A program made the position numbers and the translations under genes. Below, piece after piece: positions 25,421-38,335 of a stretch of DNA of 64,000 bases (position 1 is the first letter of the stretch; each line of letters begins with the position of its first letter). This DNA comes from Callorhinchus milii. Lineage: Eukaryota. The stretch lies in the NCBI RefSeq assembly GCF_018977255.1, contig NW_024704743.1:80230001-80294000 (forward strand). Direction: 5' to 3'. Below the pieces are notes generated by a model, which was given only the letters and a program-made list of their open reading frames with translations, made no database searches and was not told the DNA's origin.

Positions 25421-27402
25421 ATAACAACAACAACAACAACAAGATTCCATTTATAGAGCGCCTTTCACGTCAGGAGGACGTCCCAAGGCGCTGCACAGTT
25501 GGGTCATGACCCGAGCAGGGGGGAAATGGTCAGGGTGAGGGGAGGGAAGGGAGGGAGAGAGGAGGGGGAAATGGTCAGGGTGAGGGGAGGGAAGGGAGGG
25601 AGCGAGGAGGAGGAAGAGAGTCGAGAGGGGAGCTGAAGGCACGGTCAAAGAGAAAGGTTTTGAGACCGGCCTTGAAGGAGGAAAGGGAGGAAGCAAGGCG
25701 AAGGCACTGGGGGATGGAGTTCCAGAGCCTCGGGGCTGAGAGGCTGAAGGCCCGACCACCGATAGTAGGGCGGTTGGGGCGGGGGACGTGGAGCAGACCG
25801 GAGCCAGAGGAACGGAGGGTACGGGCAGGTAGGTAGGGGGATAGTAGGTTGGAGAGGTAGGAGGGAGCAAGGCCGTGAATGGCCTTGTAGGTGAGGATGA
25901 GGATCTTGAAATCAATCCTCTGGGGGATGGGGAGCCAGTGGAGGCGAGCGAGGGTGGGAGTGATGTGGTCCCGAAGCCTGGTGCGGGACAGTACACGAGC
26001 TGCAGAGTTCTGAATGACCTGCAGCTTGTGGAGGGAGGTGGCGGGAAGGCCGGCGAGGAGAGAGTTCCCATAGTCCAGCCTTGAGGTGACAAAGGCGTGA
26101 ACCAGGGTTTCAGCAGCGTGAGGGGTGAGGTAGTGCCGTAATCTGGCGATATTCCGGAGGTGATGGAAGGCGGTGCCAGTTGTGGTGCGGATGTGAGGGA
26201 GAAAGGACAGCTCAGGGTCGAACAAAACGCCGAGGTTCCTGACTGGCTTTGAGAGGTGGAGAGTGCAGCCTTGGATGCTGATGGTGTCAGCGCCTGAGGT
26301 GCGGAGGCGCTGACGTGAGCCAATCAGGAGGGCCTCGGTTTTTCGCACGTTGAGCTGAAGAAAGTTGTCTCTCGTCCAGGACTCGATGTCGGACAGGCAG
26401 GCTGTCAGGACATCGGTGGTCGTGGAGTTGAGAGTAGAGGAGGAAAGGTAGAGTTGGGTGTCATCCGCATACATGTGGAAGTTAACCCATGTCTGCGGAT
26501 GATGTCACCGAGGGGGAGCATATAGAGGGTGAAGAGGAGGGGACCGAGGACAGAGCCCTGAGGGACACCACATGAGACAGTACGGGGGGTGGAGGAGAAG
26601 CCATTCGTTGAGACAAAGTGAAGACGGTGAGAAAGGTACGACCTAAACCATTCAAGGACAGTGCCTTGAAGGTTGAGGTGGGAGGACAAGCGGTGGAGTA
26701 GGATAGCGTGGTCGACCGTATCGAATGCTGCCGATAGGTCGAGGAGGACGAGGAGACAGAGGGAGCCCTGGTCACAGATGGTCAGGATATCATTGGTGAC
26801 CTTGACCAGGGCAGTTTCTGTGCTATGAGCAGCACGGAAACCTGACTGAAGGGGTTCAAAAAGAGAATGGGTGGAGAGGAAAGAGCGCAGTTGGGAGGCG
26901 ACAACTCTTTCCAAGACCTTGGAGAGAAAGGGGAGGTTGGAGATGGGCCGGTAGCTTGATAGCTGCGACGCATCAAGGGAGGGTTTTTTCAGGGTGGGCG
27001 TGATGATGGCAGTTTTTAATGGAATGGGGACAGAGCCAGAGGAGAGGGACAGGTTTATGATGTCAGTGATGTGTGGGGCAAGAAAGTGGAGCTGGGAGAT
27101 AAGGAGTGGAGTGGGGATGGGGTCAAGGGAGCAGGTGGTTGGTTTTAGGGATAGGATGAGTTCAGTGACAGAGGGTGGGGAAACGGGTACGAAGGTGTGT
27201 AGGGGAGGATGGGTAGGAGTCGGAGTGTGGGAGGGAAGGGGTGGGTGGTGGGTGGAAGTTGGAGGGGAAGTGACCGCGGAGCGGATTCCCTTGATCTTGG
27301 ATTCAAGGAAATCCAGCATCTCCTCGCAGTGAAGGTTGGAGGAGATGACCTGCGCGGGGTGGCGGGGGGGACGGAGGAGTCGGGATGTGGTGGAAGTTGC
27401 CA
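25421..27402 (-). mobile_element. Young 5'-truncated L2 LINE; reverse-transcriptase region with one frameshift
   Basis: ORFs 26405-27409 and 25575-26474 carry [38 protein letters not shown] and HWLP. One base is missing near 26486 relative to 44433. (GTT)n tail; probable ATAACA duplication at 25421-25426 and 27403-27408. Confidence 0.97.
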
Positions 27403-27694
27403 ATAACATGCAAGTTTTGCCACTGAAGCATTTTTACAACCACACGATTTAAAACATGGCTTCAAAAATAATCTTGCATTTTTTCAAAATTACCCTTGCA
27501 CGATTTGTCAGGAAATATAAAAAAATTAGAAGTTCTTATGAATCGCATAAGCTATTTAAGAATTGTATAAACAACAAGAAACACCCAGAAACAGCCTTGG
27601 AAAATTTCAGTAGTCGCAGCGCACAGACAGAATTATTTTTCATTCTCATTATCTTTGCTTCCCTGCTGCTCTATCCAGCCAGGGAAAGCAGAGA

Positions 27695-29349
27695 AGTGGG
27701 AGGGCGACCGAAGGCACGATTGAAGAGGAGGGTCTTGAGACTGGCCTTGAAGGAGGCAAGGGAGGAAGCGAGGCAAAGGGACTGTGGGATGGATTTCCAG
27801 AGTGTGGGGGCAGAGAGGCTGAAAGCTTGGCCAGAGCTTGGTAGAGCGGGTCGGGCGGGAGGCATGGAGCAGGCTGGAGCCTGCTGAATGGAGGGAGTGG
27901 GCAGGTTGGTAGGGAGTCAGCAGGTCAGAGAGGTAGGAAGGGGCAAGGCCATGGATGACCTTGAAAGTGAGGACGAGGATCTTAAAATCAATCCTCTGGG
28001 AGATGGGGAGCCAGTGGAGTCGGGCGAGGGGGGGAGTTTTGGATGATCAGCAGCTTCTGAAGGGAAGAGTTGGGAAGGCCAATGAGGAGGGAATTTCCAT
28101 AATCGAGCCTTAATGTGACGAATGTGTGGGTGAGGGTTTCAGCAGCCTGAGGGGTGAGGCAGTGGCAGAGTCTGGCAATGTTGCGGAGGTGCTGGTAGGC
28201 AGTGCCGATCATGGTGCGGATGTGGGGGAGAAAGGACAGTTCAGGGTCAAACAAGACACCCAGTTTCCTGACTGGCTTAGTGAGGTTGAGTGTAAGCCGT
28301 GGAAGCTAATGCTGCCAGCTCCCGAGGTGCTGAGGCCCTGGTGCCAGCCAATCAGAAGGGCCTCAGTCTTGCTGACATTCAGCTGGAGAAAGTTGTCCCT
28401 CGGCCAGGACTTGATGTCACACAGGCAGTCAGTCAGAACGCAAGTAGTCCTGGAGTTCAGGGTGGAGGCAGAGAGGTAGAGTTGGGTGTCATCTGCATAC
28501 ATGTGGAAATTTACCCCATGTCTGCGGATGATGTCGCCAAGAGAGAGCATGTAGAGGGTGAAGAGGAGGGGACCGAGGACAGAGCCCGGAGGAACACCGC
28601 ATGAGACAGTGCAGGGGCTGGAGGAGAAGCCCTTTGCCGTGACAAAGTGGAGGCGGTGTGAAAGGTAGAACCTGAACCAGTTAAGGACAGAACCTTGAAG
28701 GTTGAGGTGGGAGGAGAGGCAGTGGAGGAGGATTGAATGGTCCACAGTGTCAAAAGTGGCGGAGAGGTTGAGGAGGATGAGGAGGCAGAGGAAGCCCTGG
28801 TCACACATGGTCAGGATGTCATTTGTAACCTTGATCAGAGCAGTTTCTGTGCTGTGGGCAGCACAGAAACCCGATTGGAGGAGTTCATGGAGGGAGTGGG
28901 AGGAGAAGAAAGAGCAAAGCTGGGAGGCAACGGCTCTCTCAAGGACCTTGGACAGAAAAGGGAGATTGGAGTTGGGCCGGTAACTGGATAGCTGTGTTGG
29001 GCCAAGGGAAGGTTTCTTCAAGGTAGGGGTGATAGTGGCTGTTTTGAGGGGGTAAGAACAGTGCCAGATGATAGGGAGAGGTTGATGATGTCGGCGAGTA
29101 GTGGGGCAAGGAGGTGGAGTTGGGATTTAAGGAGAGGGGTGCGGATGGGGTCCAGGGAACAGATGGTGGGCTTCATGCAGGATATGGTGGTGATGATAGA
29201 GGAGGGGGTGACAGGTTCAAAGATGTAGAAGGAGGGATGGGTAGTGGTCGGAGTGTGGGGGGTGGGGTAGGGAGGGGGTGGAAGTTGTGAGGGCAGTGGC
29301 AACTGAGCGGATTCCCTCGATTTTGGACTCGAGGAAGTCCAGCATTTCT
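27695..29349 (-). mobile_element. Older L2 LINE with frameshifts, both ends truncated
   Basis: ORF 28209-29021 has RT motifs including YADD. Flanking parts are in other frames; no tail. Confidence 0.93.
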
Positions 29350-30384
29350 GAAAATCATTCGTCAGTTTAGTTGTTTCATATCAAATGCAAGGATTATTAA
29401 TAATATTATTATTATTATCATTATCAGAGACTTTCAGAAGATCATGAATCATGACCTTTAACTTCTAAATCAAAGTTACCTGCTCCCTTTTGTGTTTGCA
29501 TTCTTTAAACAGCATTGACAAAGGAGGAGATATGCTCTCAATCATTTTGCTTCTGCTATAATTTCCCATACAAATGATTTGCACTACATGTGGCATGAGA
29601 GCAAAGCAAAATCTTGTCCTCCCTCAAAGACCACCATCTTTCCCTTCAATCTCCCCGATTGATCCATTTAAAAGTCAGTCAGGTAGATCGTGAAGCTGTA
29701 GTCCCTCCACCTCCCTCCCCACTTTTAAAGTTTGCCTTAAGAACAATCCTATAGCCGTCAATTTTAGTGTCTCCTTTCCTCCCTCCCCTCAGCTATCTTC
29801 TGGCTTGGGCTCCCATTAAGCTATGTGAAGTGCTGTGAGACATCCTCCCAAGTAAAATGCTCAATATAAATGTAAATCGTTGCCTTTTCGATATATTTGA
29901 ATTTCTTGTCCTTCTGATAATTTTCACCAGAGATACACATCACGTCCCACATTTCTCTGCCCCTTTATTACCATATTCACCAAAGCCAACATGTCATCTC
30001 ACACAGTTGTATTACTCACATAATACTTAACACAGTTACAATATCCCTGTAAGATTTCTGAGGTTTAATGTACTAATTCTCTAGCTTAATAGGAAATCAT
30101 TAAAAACTAAACACTATTAAAAGTGGCATTTACACACACCCGAATTGCAATGCAAATGCAAGAAATTGAAAAGTTGTTGTACTTCATTTCGACTGATTCA
30201 CAAATGATAAGAGAAACAACTTAAAGTGCTTCAAATTCATGGGATTTAAATGTTGTGGATTTGATTATACTAACATATTCATTGGATTTTAATTGGGTCA
30301 TCTAATCTAAAATTGATAGTGAATAAAATGTATCTATTAACTTTTTGTTCTGTGTGAATTCAGTGAACTTTTTAATGAGAAGGG

Positions 30385-30722
30385 GAAAATATGACTGAAA
30401 GCAGAGTCAAAGAGGTACACCTTGACCTTGAACAAGGAGAGAGGGGGAGTGAGGGAGGGAGCAAGGAAGCAAGTCGGAGGGGGCTCCAGGTTGGAGTTCC
30501 ACAGAGCAGGGACAGAATGCCTGAAAGCCCACCCATCGATGGGGAGGACAGGATGGCAGGCATGAAGCAGGCCAGTGTTCGCTGAGCGAAGGGGGTGACT
30601 GGTTCTGGAGGGATGAAGGAGGTGGCGGACATTGGATGGGCAAAACCGTGGATGTATTTGAAGGAAAGAACAAGCTTCCTGAACTTGTTCTGCTGGGGGA
30701 TGGGGAACCAATGGAGCAATGG
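30385..30722 (-). mobile_element. Degenerate L2 3' fragment
   Basis: LHWFPIPQQNKFR and ALWNS peptides. Confidence 0.75.
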
Positions 30723-30982
30723 TATCCAAAAATCCATTGCACTTCCAGCACTGAAGTGTCAGCCAAGACTAAATGAGTTCAAAGTCTCAACATGGGGCTA
30801 AATCGACAAGCTTCTGAGTTGGAGATAAGAGTGATACCAACTGAGCCAGGCCGAGACCTGAAACATGCACAAGTGCATCAATAATTTAGATGAAAGTGGG
30901 AAAAAAGAAAACTTTACATTTTTATAGCACCTCTGTATGTTAACTATAACTTTGATGTCACACCAGTAATTCCTGTGAAGTG

Positions 30983-32492
30983 CCTCCCAGCTGCGCTCTT
31001 TCCATTCGAACCCCTTCAGTCGGGCTTCCGTGCTGCCCATAGCACAGAAACCGCCCTGGTCAAGGTCACCAATGACATCTTGACCATCTGTGACCAGGGC
31101 TCCCTCTGCCTCCTCGTCCTCCTCGACCTATCGGCAGCATTCGATACGGTCGACCAAGCCATCCTCCTCCACCGCTTGTCCTCCCACCTCAACCTTCAAG
31201 GCCCTGTCCTTGAGTGGTTTAGGTCGTACCTCTCCCACCGTCTTCATTTTGTTTCCACAAACGGCTTTTCCTCCGGCCCCCGCACTGTCTCGTGCGGTGT
31301 CCCTTAGGGCTCTGTCCTCGGTCCCCTCCTCTTCACCCTCTATATGCTCCCCCCTTGGTGACATCATCCGCAGACATGGGGTTAACTTCCACATGTTTGC
31401 GGATTACACCCAACTCTACCTTTCCTCCTCTACCCTCAACTCCACGAACACCGATGTCCTGACAGCCTGCCTGTCCGACATCGAGTCCTGGATGAGAGAC
31501 AACTTTCTTCAGCTCAACGTACATAAAACTGAGGCCCTCCTGATTGGCTCACGTCAGCGCCTCCGCACCTCAGGCGCTGACAGCATCAGCATCCAAGGCT
31601 GCACTCTCCACCTCTCAAAGCCGGTCAGGAACCTCGGTGTTCTGTTCGACCCTGAGTTGTCCTTTCTTCCCCACATCCGCACCACAACTGGCACCGCCTT
31701 CCATCACCTCCGGAACATCGCCAGACTACGGCACTACCTCACCCCTCACGCTGCTGAAGCTCTGGTCCACGCTTTTATCACCTCAAGGCTGGACTACGGG
31801 AACTCTCTCCTCGCCGGCCTTCCCGCCACCTCCCTCCACAAGCTGCAGGTCATTCAGAACTCTGCAGCTCGTGTACTGTCCCGCACCAGGCTTCGCGACC
31901 ACATCACTCCCACCCTCGCTCACCTCCACTGGCTCCCCATCCCCCAGAGGATCGAATTCAAGTTCCTCATCCTCACCCACAAGGCCATTCACGGCCTTGC
32001 TCCCTCCTACCTCTCCGACCTATTATCCCCCTATCTACCTGCCCGTACCCTCCGTTCCTCTGGCTCCGGTCTGCTCCACATTCCTCGCCCCAACCGCCCT
32101 ACCATCGGTGGCCGGGCCTTCAGCCTCTCAGCCCCCAGGCTCTGGAACTCCATCCCCCAGTGCCTTCACCTTGCTTCCTCCCTTTCCTCCTTCAAGGCCG
32201 GTCTCAAGACCTTTCTCTTTGACCGTGCCTTCAGCTCCCCTCTCAACTCTCTACCCCCTCCTCGCCCCCTCCCTTCCCTCCCCTCACCCTGACCATTTCC
32301 CCCCTCCTCTCTCCCTCCCTTCCCTCCCCTCACCCTGACCATTTCCGCCCCTCCTCGCTCCCTCCCTTCTCTCCCCTCACCCTGACCATTTCCCCCCTGC
32401 TCGGGTCCTGACCCAACTGTCCAGCACTTTGGGACGTCCTCCCGACGTGAAAGGCGCTCTATAAATGGAATCTTGGTGTTGTTGTTGTTGTT
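30983..32492 (+). mobile_element. Young 5'-truncated L2 LINE, inactivated
   Basis: TAG replaces Gln in GVPQG (31305-31307), +1 frameshift near 31350, YADD changed to FADY. The 3' stem-loop and (GTT)n are retained. It sits inside an old minus-strand SINE. Confidence 0.96.
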
Positions 32493-33721
32493 TTACGCAA
32501 ATGCAGCACCCATTTTGCACTGAACAAGTCCTCACAAACAGCTGGTGAAGTTAACAGCCAAACAATCCTATGAACTACTGTCTAAAAGAACCTTCTCCCT
32601 CCCCGCCAGTAGCTTCACCAGATGCTGGAGCTTGGTTCAGTTCGTAGCACTCTCACCTCTGAGTCAGCAGGTTGTGAGATCAAGCTCCAAGTTGGAACTT
32701 TGAGCTCAGCGAGAGCTGCAAACGTACAACTTGTATTTATTTAATTAATAGCTGATGCAAATAATTTCTTCCTTGTTTTAAGATTTTCCAGTCTGCACTC
32801 AATTTCCAGGTCTGTAGTTTTTCTTCATATGTATATTAAATATATAAACAATAGCAATCTCTCCCTCACTGGGGTTTGAAAAGCGCTCTTCAAAAAACGG
32901 CTATATTATGGCAACTCGCAGTTAGTAAAAGCACTATGTGGTGGAATTGTACCTGCAGCACATATGCATTACAGAATGCCACAAAGGAATTTGCTAATTA
33001 TCACACTACAAACATTACCAAATACCCCAGTTTGATTTTTTCTCCAATAGCTTGTTTTTTTTTAAGTGAATCAACATGGAATTTTATTGCTAATTCTATT
33101 TTAATGGAGATGCGGATTTTGTTTTCTTGTGTGCAGATATATGCTTTATTGTCAATTTTATGTCACTTTAGTTTAACTGCACATTCAAGAAAATTAGAAG
33201 ATACTCAAATTTTTTGTTTCAAGCTATCAATTTTGTTTACTATTTGGAGGCGATCATTATTTTGACTGTTTTGGAGCCTGCAAGCCATCTGAAGAATCAA
33301 ATTTATAAGTGAAAATCACGAGCACCACAAATTGCAACAAGGCATTTGTCTCTGGTGTTTTGGAATGGGATTTTCTCCTTGAGTAAGCGTTGGTGTAATA
33401 TATTCAAATACAAGTTGCTGTGCCTTTTGCTGCTCTGCACTGCGGCTTACCCAGTCAGATCTCAATGTTTACAGTTCTCTCAGAGTGAAATATTTAAGCA
33501 AAATCCCCACAGCAATGTAGAACTGGTCACTGCACAGCTGAAATTATTCATTTCACCCAGAAATGTTCCTCTCAGCAAAATGGCATCTTATTTAAAGCAC
33601 CATTACCAAGATTTCAAACAGTAAATAAAACCGATGGGGAATTGCATTTCACTGAATTGTTGTATAATCTTAAATGTGGCAAAATAAGTGAGCTATTTTA
33701 CCACAGTAAACTACAGGGCGT

Positions 33722-34084
33722 GGAGTCCTTTAGCTTAGTGGTTAGAGCACTCGCCTCACAAGCAAGAGGACCTGGGTTTGATTCCCGAGCAGGGCGAAAC
33801 GTTGGGAAAGTTTCCTTACTGCACGCGCCTTTGTTCACCTAGCAGCAATTAGGAACCCAGTTGTTAGTCAATTGGTGGATCGCTTTTCAGGGAGTAATAA
33901 TCTCTTTTTTTTTAAAAATTGGGATCACTCAATCCGTGACTGTTTGTGGGATACTGTTGTATGCAATTGGCTGCCATGTTTTGCCCATAAAATATACAGT
34001 CAATTCACTTCACAGTATATTCTGTGGAGCGCTTTGAGAAGACGTGATAAGGCGCTATATCAAATGCAAGGATGATTATTATTA
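33722..34084 (+). mobile_element. Long-subtype tRNA-Ala SINE, complete
   Basis: Head, insert of about 60-65 nt, body, L2-like tail. Confidence 0.92.
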
Positions 34085-34086
34085 CT

Positions 34087-34867
34087 GACAGTATCACTTT
34101 TCATGGATGCCCACTCCACCTTACAGAGCCTGTACCAAACCTTGGTGTCTTGTTCGGCCCTCTGTTGTCCTACACACCCCACATCCATACCATAACATAT
34201 TCTGTCTTCCCCCACCTCCGCAACATTGTCCACCTCCACCACTGTCTTTTACCCTGGGCCGCTGAGACTCTCATTCATGCATTTGTAACATCCAGCCTCA
34301 ATTATACAAACTCCCGGCTCGCTGTATTCCCTAACTCTTCCCTCCACAAGATAAAGATTATCCAGAACTCAGCAATTCATGTCCATTTCTGCACCAGGCT
34401 CTGTGAACCAAACACCCCCAGTCTCACCCGGCTCCACTGGTTCCCCAGCCCTCAGAAGGTCGAGTTTAAAATCCTCGATCTCGCCTTTAAAATTCTCCAC
34501 GGTTATGCTCCTTCCTAACTCTGTGACCTCTTAACATCATACCAACTTGGTCATTCCCTCCATTCAGCAGGCACTGCCAAGCCCAGCCCCAGTCAGTCGG
34601 AGGTCAGACGTTCAGCTTTTCTGCCCCCACCCTCAAGAACTACATCCTCGAATCTCTCCATTTCATTCCCTCCCTTTCCTCCTTTAAGGCCCATCTCAAG
34701 CCCTTCCTCTTTGACTATGCCTTCAGCCACACTCCCACTCTCACATCCCCTACCGTCCAACCCTTTTGATTCCAAACCCAGCTCGGGTGCAAACCCTTAA
34801 CTGTCTAGCATCTTGGGACATTCTTCCAAGGTGAAAGGCACTAAATAAGATTAATTTTTGTTGTTGT
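34087..34867 (+). mobile_element. Older L2 3' fragment
   Basis: PVPNLGVLF...HWFPSPQKVEFKIL peptide and tail. Confidence 0.88.
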
Positions 34868-35106
34868 TTGTTAAGGAAATAACTGTCAGACTGGTTAGCA
34901 TACAATATCTAATTTATTCTTTAGTCAGCAGTCCTGTTCAAGACATGACTGTAGGGAGATATCTACACAGCAGATGGTTCCAGGTTGCCTTTGACCACAC
35001 TTGATCAATATATATTTTTGTTCTTTCAAGGCCTTGATTCAATGTCATTCACCACAGAGAACATAAATTGCATAAGAAGCAAAGCAAGCAATGGAGAGGG
35101 CCATAC

Positions 35107-36557
35107 CACCACCACCACCACCAACAACCACAAATTACATTTGCATGGCACCTTGAGTTCGTCCCAAGGATCTGGAGAGTCAAGGATATGCACCCGAGCT
35201 GGGGGTTGAGATCAGGAGGGGTAGATGGCAGGGAGGTTATGGATAGGAGGGTGACCGAAGGCACGGTGAAAGAGGAGGATTTTGAGATACGCCTTTAAAG
35301 GAAGCATGGGAGTGGTAGAGATGAAGGGACTGTGGGATGCAGTTCCAAAGGGTGGGGGCAGAAAGGATGAAGGCCCAACTGCTGATAGTAGGGCGGGCCA
35401 GATGGGGGACATGGAGCAGGCCAGTGTCTGCTGAGTTGGGGAATGGACTAGTCATTATGGAGTTAAGGGGTCGCAGAGGTAGGGAACAGCAAGGACTGGA
35501 GGCTTTGAAAGCAAGGGCAAAGATTTTGAACTCTATTATTTGGGAGATGTGGAGTCAGTAGAGCTAGGCGAGGTTAGGGATGATAGGTTATTGGAGCTTG
35601 GTGAGTGAGAGGACACTAGCTGCAGAGTTCTGAATAATCTGCAGCTTGTAGAGTCAGGAAAGCCAACAAGCGGGGAGTTGGCATAGTCGAGCCTGGATGT
35701 GGTCGAGCCTGGAGTGAAGCCACAGAAGTAAGACAAACATATGTCTTTATTGAAACCGGAAGTTTCCCATCCTCAAAAACCTTTCCTGGACCCAAACCTG
35801 TTCTCTAATTACTGCCCCCATCTCCAATCTCCCTTTTCTTTCCAAGATCCTGGATGTGATGAATGCACGGATGAGGGTTTCGGAGGCCTTAGGAGAGAGG
35901 CAGTGGTAGAGCTGGGTGATATTGCAGAGATAGGGGAAGGCAGAGCGAGTCATTGCATGGATGTGGGGTAGAAAGGATAGTTCAGGATCAAACAAGACGC
36001 CAAGGTTCCTGATTGGCTTAGTAAAGTGGAGTGTGCATCCTTGGATGGTGATACTATCAGCAACTGAGGTGTGGAGGCGCTGACAGAAGCCAATCAGGAG
36101 GGCCTCGGTCTTGTTGATGTTCCACTATAGATAGTTAGCTCTCCTCCAGGATTGGAAGTCATTTTCTCAGGACATCAGTGATCGTGGAGTCAAGGGTGGA
36201 GGTAGAGAGATAGATTTGGGTGTCATCCGCATATATGTCTGCGGATGATGTCACCAAGAGGGCACATGAACATGTTGAAGAGGAGATGACCAAGGACAAG
36301 GCTGAGCAAAGCCACATGTGACAGTGGGGGCTGGAGGAGAAGTCGTTTATGGACCCGAAGTGGAGACGATGGAAAAGATAAAATTTGAATCAGGGCAGGA
36401 CTGTGAAGATTGACTGTAGGAGGTGGTGGAGGAAAATAGAATGCTCAACAGTGTCGAAGGTGTCAGAGTGATTAAGGAGGATGAGGATCAAAGAACCCTC
36501 CCAGAGGGACAAAATGTCATTTGTCACTTTGACCAAGGCTGTTTTTGTGCTGTGGGC
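35107..36557 (-). mobile_element. Older L2 LINE, rearranged
   Basis: Tail at 35107, YADD-coding GTCATCCGCATA near 36222, ends at the AHSTxTAL motif. Foreign insert at 35702-35848. Confidence 0.88.
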
Positions 36558-37164
36558 TCTGCTGTTTCTGTGCTGTGTCCTCCTCTTTTTGAGGATGGAA
36601 GCCCTCTGGTTTCAGATTAGAGATTCTGAAGAAATCAAGAGCTCATACAAAGCATAACAGAATGAGAAGAGGCAGACACTGAACCAGGGATCAGGTTTCT
36701 AGGATAAGATCCAATTACCTGAACATTTCAGAGGATTGGTGTATACAAAGGCTGTGTTTGATACACAAGACAATGTGATTAAGTTATGCCAATCATTTAA
36801 AAATAGTAATATTTTGACTGCATCTTTAAAATGGGATTTTCTGTAACTATTTTTAGCAATCAAACATAAACTGAATCCCATGACTGAGTAGTGTCACCTT
36901 CTTAGCATTGATTTCCGTACAGAGTTTACTGTAAGCATTGCCCTCTTACTTAGCTTGGAGGTAACTTCAGCAAAGAATGTTTTTTGGGTAATAGTTTCCA
37001 AGTAACATCTGATATGTCACTGGTATCAGCCAAATATCAGTCATTATATGCATTTCGCAGGTAACCAGAGCCCTGCTAAATTGAGCTAACAAGCTGTATT
37101 CATTTCAACCACGAACCGCAGAAGTAAGAGAAATGGCAATATGTCTTTATTGAAACCGGAGGTT

Positions 37165-37356
37165 CTCCTCCTCAAAAAACCTTCCCTGGACCTATCCTTG
37201 TTCTCCAATTACTGCCCTCATCTCCAATCTCCCGTTTGTTTCCAAGATTCTGGAACGAGTTGTTGCTTCCCAGCTTCACTCCTTCCTCTCCCGTTACTCT
37301 CTCTACGAACCCCTCCAATCGGCTTTCCCTACTGCCCACAACACAGAAACAGTCTT
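37165..37356 (+). mobile_element. L2 fragment (LKKPSLD to AHNTET), inverted 5' continuation of 35107-36557
   Basis: Ends at the motif where the minus-strand copy begins. Confidence 0.8.
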
Positions 37357-37926
37357 TTTTCCAGGTCTCTAATCTGCAAATGACTGCTGCTAGCACCCAG
37401 TCAGAAACAAGTACAGAACTTAAATAATAATAAAAAAACCCTCAGATTTAAAGTAGCGCCGTTCATACTGGGAGGATATCTCAAAACACTTCACAGGATA
37501 TTCTGTAAGTCTAGTAGTTTTGTATTTTTGTAGGCAAATTGTGGCACCTTGATTTAACATGTCAATTAAAGGATGGCACTTCCAACTTTGTAGAATTTAC
37601 CCCAGCCACACATAGTGTAAATCCAGACTTTTATCTTAAAGACTCCATCCTCCAAACCCAGATACTCCATCCTCCAACCCAGACACTACTGACCTGGAGT
37701 TCTTAAACTCATTTTACATGAAATGAGTCAGAGAAACCTCAGCATAGGTTCTAGTTAGTGAAGCTCAACGGGAGAAAAACAACTCAGACTAAAATTGGAA
37801 TCTCTTTCAAAATGATCACAATGATGACTTACTTGCAAAGAGAAACATCACACCAGTCCTGTAATGTTTTTTTCTGAGATTGGGTTGTTGGAGCAAAAGT
37901 GACAGAATCTGCACCTTGCACCCACC

Positions 37927-38189
37927 GTAGTCCTGTAGCTCAGTGGTTAGAGCACTTGCCTTGCGAGCAAGAGACCTGGGTGCCATTCCAGGCAGGGCAA
38001 AATGTTGGCCAAGATTCCTTACTCCACACACCTCTGTTTACCTAGCAGTAAGTAAGAACCTGGTTGTAAGTCGATTGGCGGATTTTTTCCGGGGGTAATA
38101 ATTCCTTCAAAAAAAAATTGGTCACATCAATCCACGACAGTTGGTGGGACACTGCTGTGTGCAATTGGCTGCTGCGTTTTGGCCACAAG
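37927..38189 (+). mobile_element. Long-subtype SINE, 3'-truncated
   Basis: Head and insert present; stops at GGCCACAA. Confidence 0.88.
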
Positions 38190-38335
38190 TCGATCCCCTC
38201 GACTTTGTTTTCGAGGAAGTCCAGCGTCGCCTCACAGTTCCGTTGGAGGAGAGGATGAGAGGGTGGGCGGAGGAGCCGCTTGGTGATGGAGAAGACAGGG
38301 CTGGAGTTGTCTTTGGCCTCCAAAATTGTCTTGGA
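38190..38335 (-). mobile_element. Internal L2 ORF2 fragment
   Basis: FSITKRLLRPP...CEATLDFLENKVEGI matches SRLLRPP...[15 protein letters not shown] at about 27290-27390. Confidence 0.8.

Noticed and set aside
25875..26084. Antisense ORFs over L2 copies
   Set aside because: Shadow frames of the RT coding strand.
25451..26323. Ser/Pro-rich overlapping ORF of 264-290 aa (also 31544-32338 and 43476-44270)
   Set aside because: Alternative frame of L2 ORF2 with a non-ATG start. C-rich third positions suppress stops, and recurrence only reflects copy identity.
37642..37684. Tandem duplication of about 22 bp, ACTCCATCCTCCAA(A)CCCAGA
   Set aside because: Ordinary local slippage duplication.
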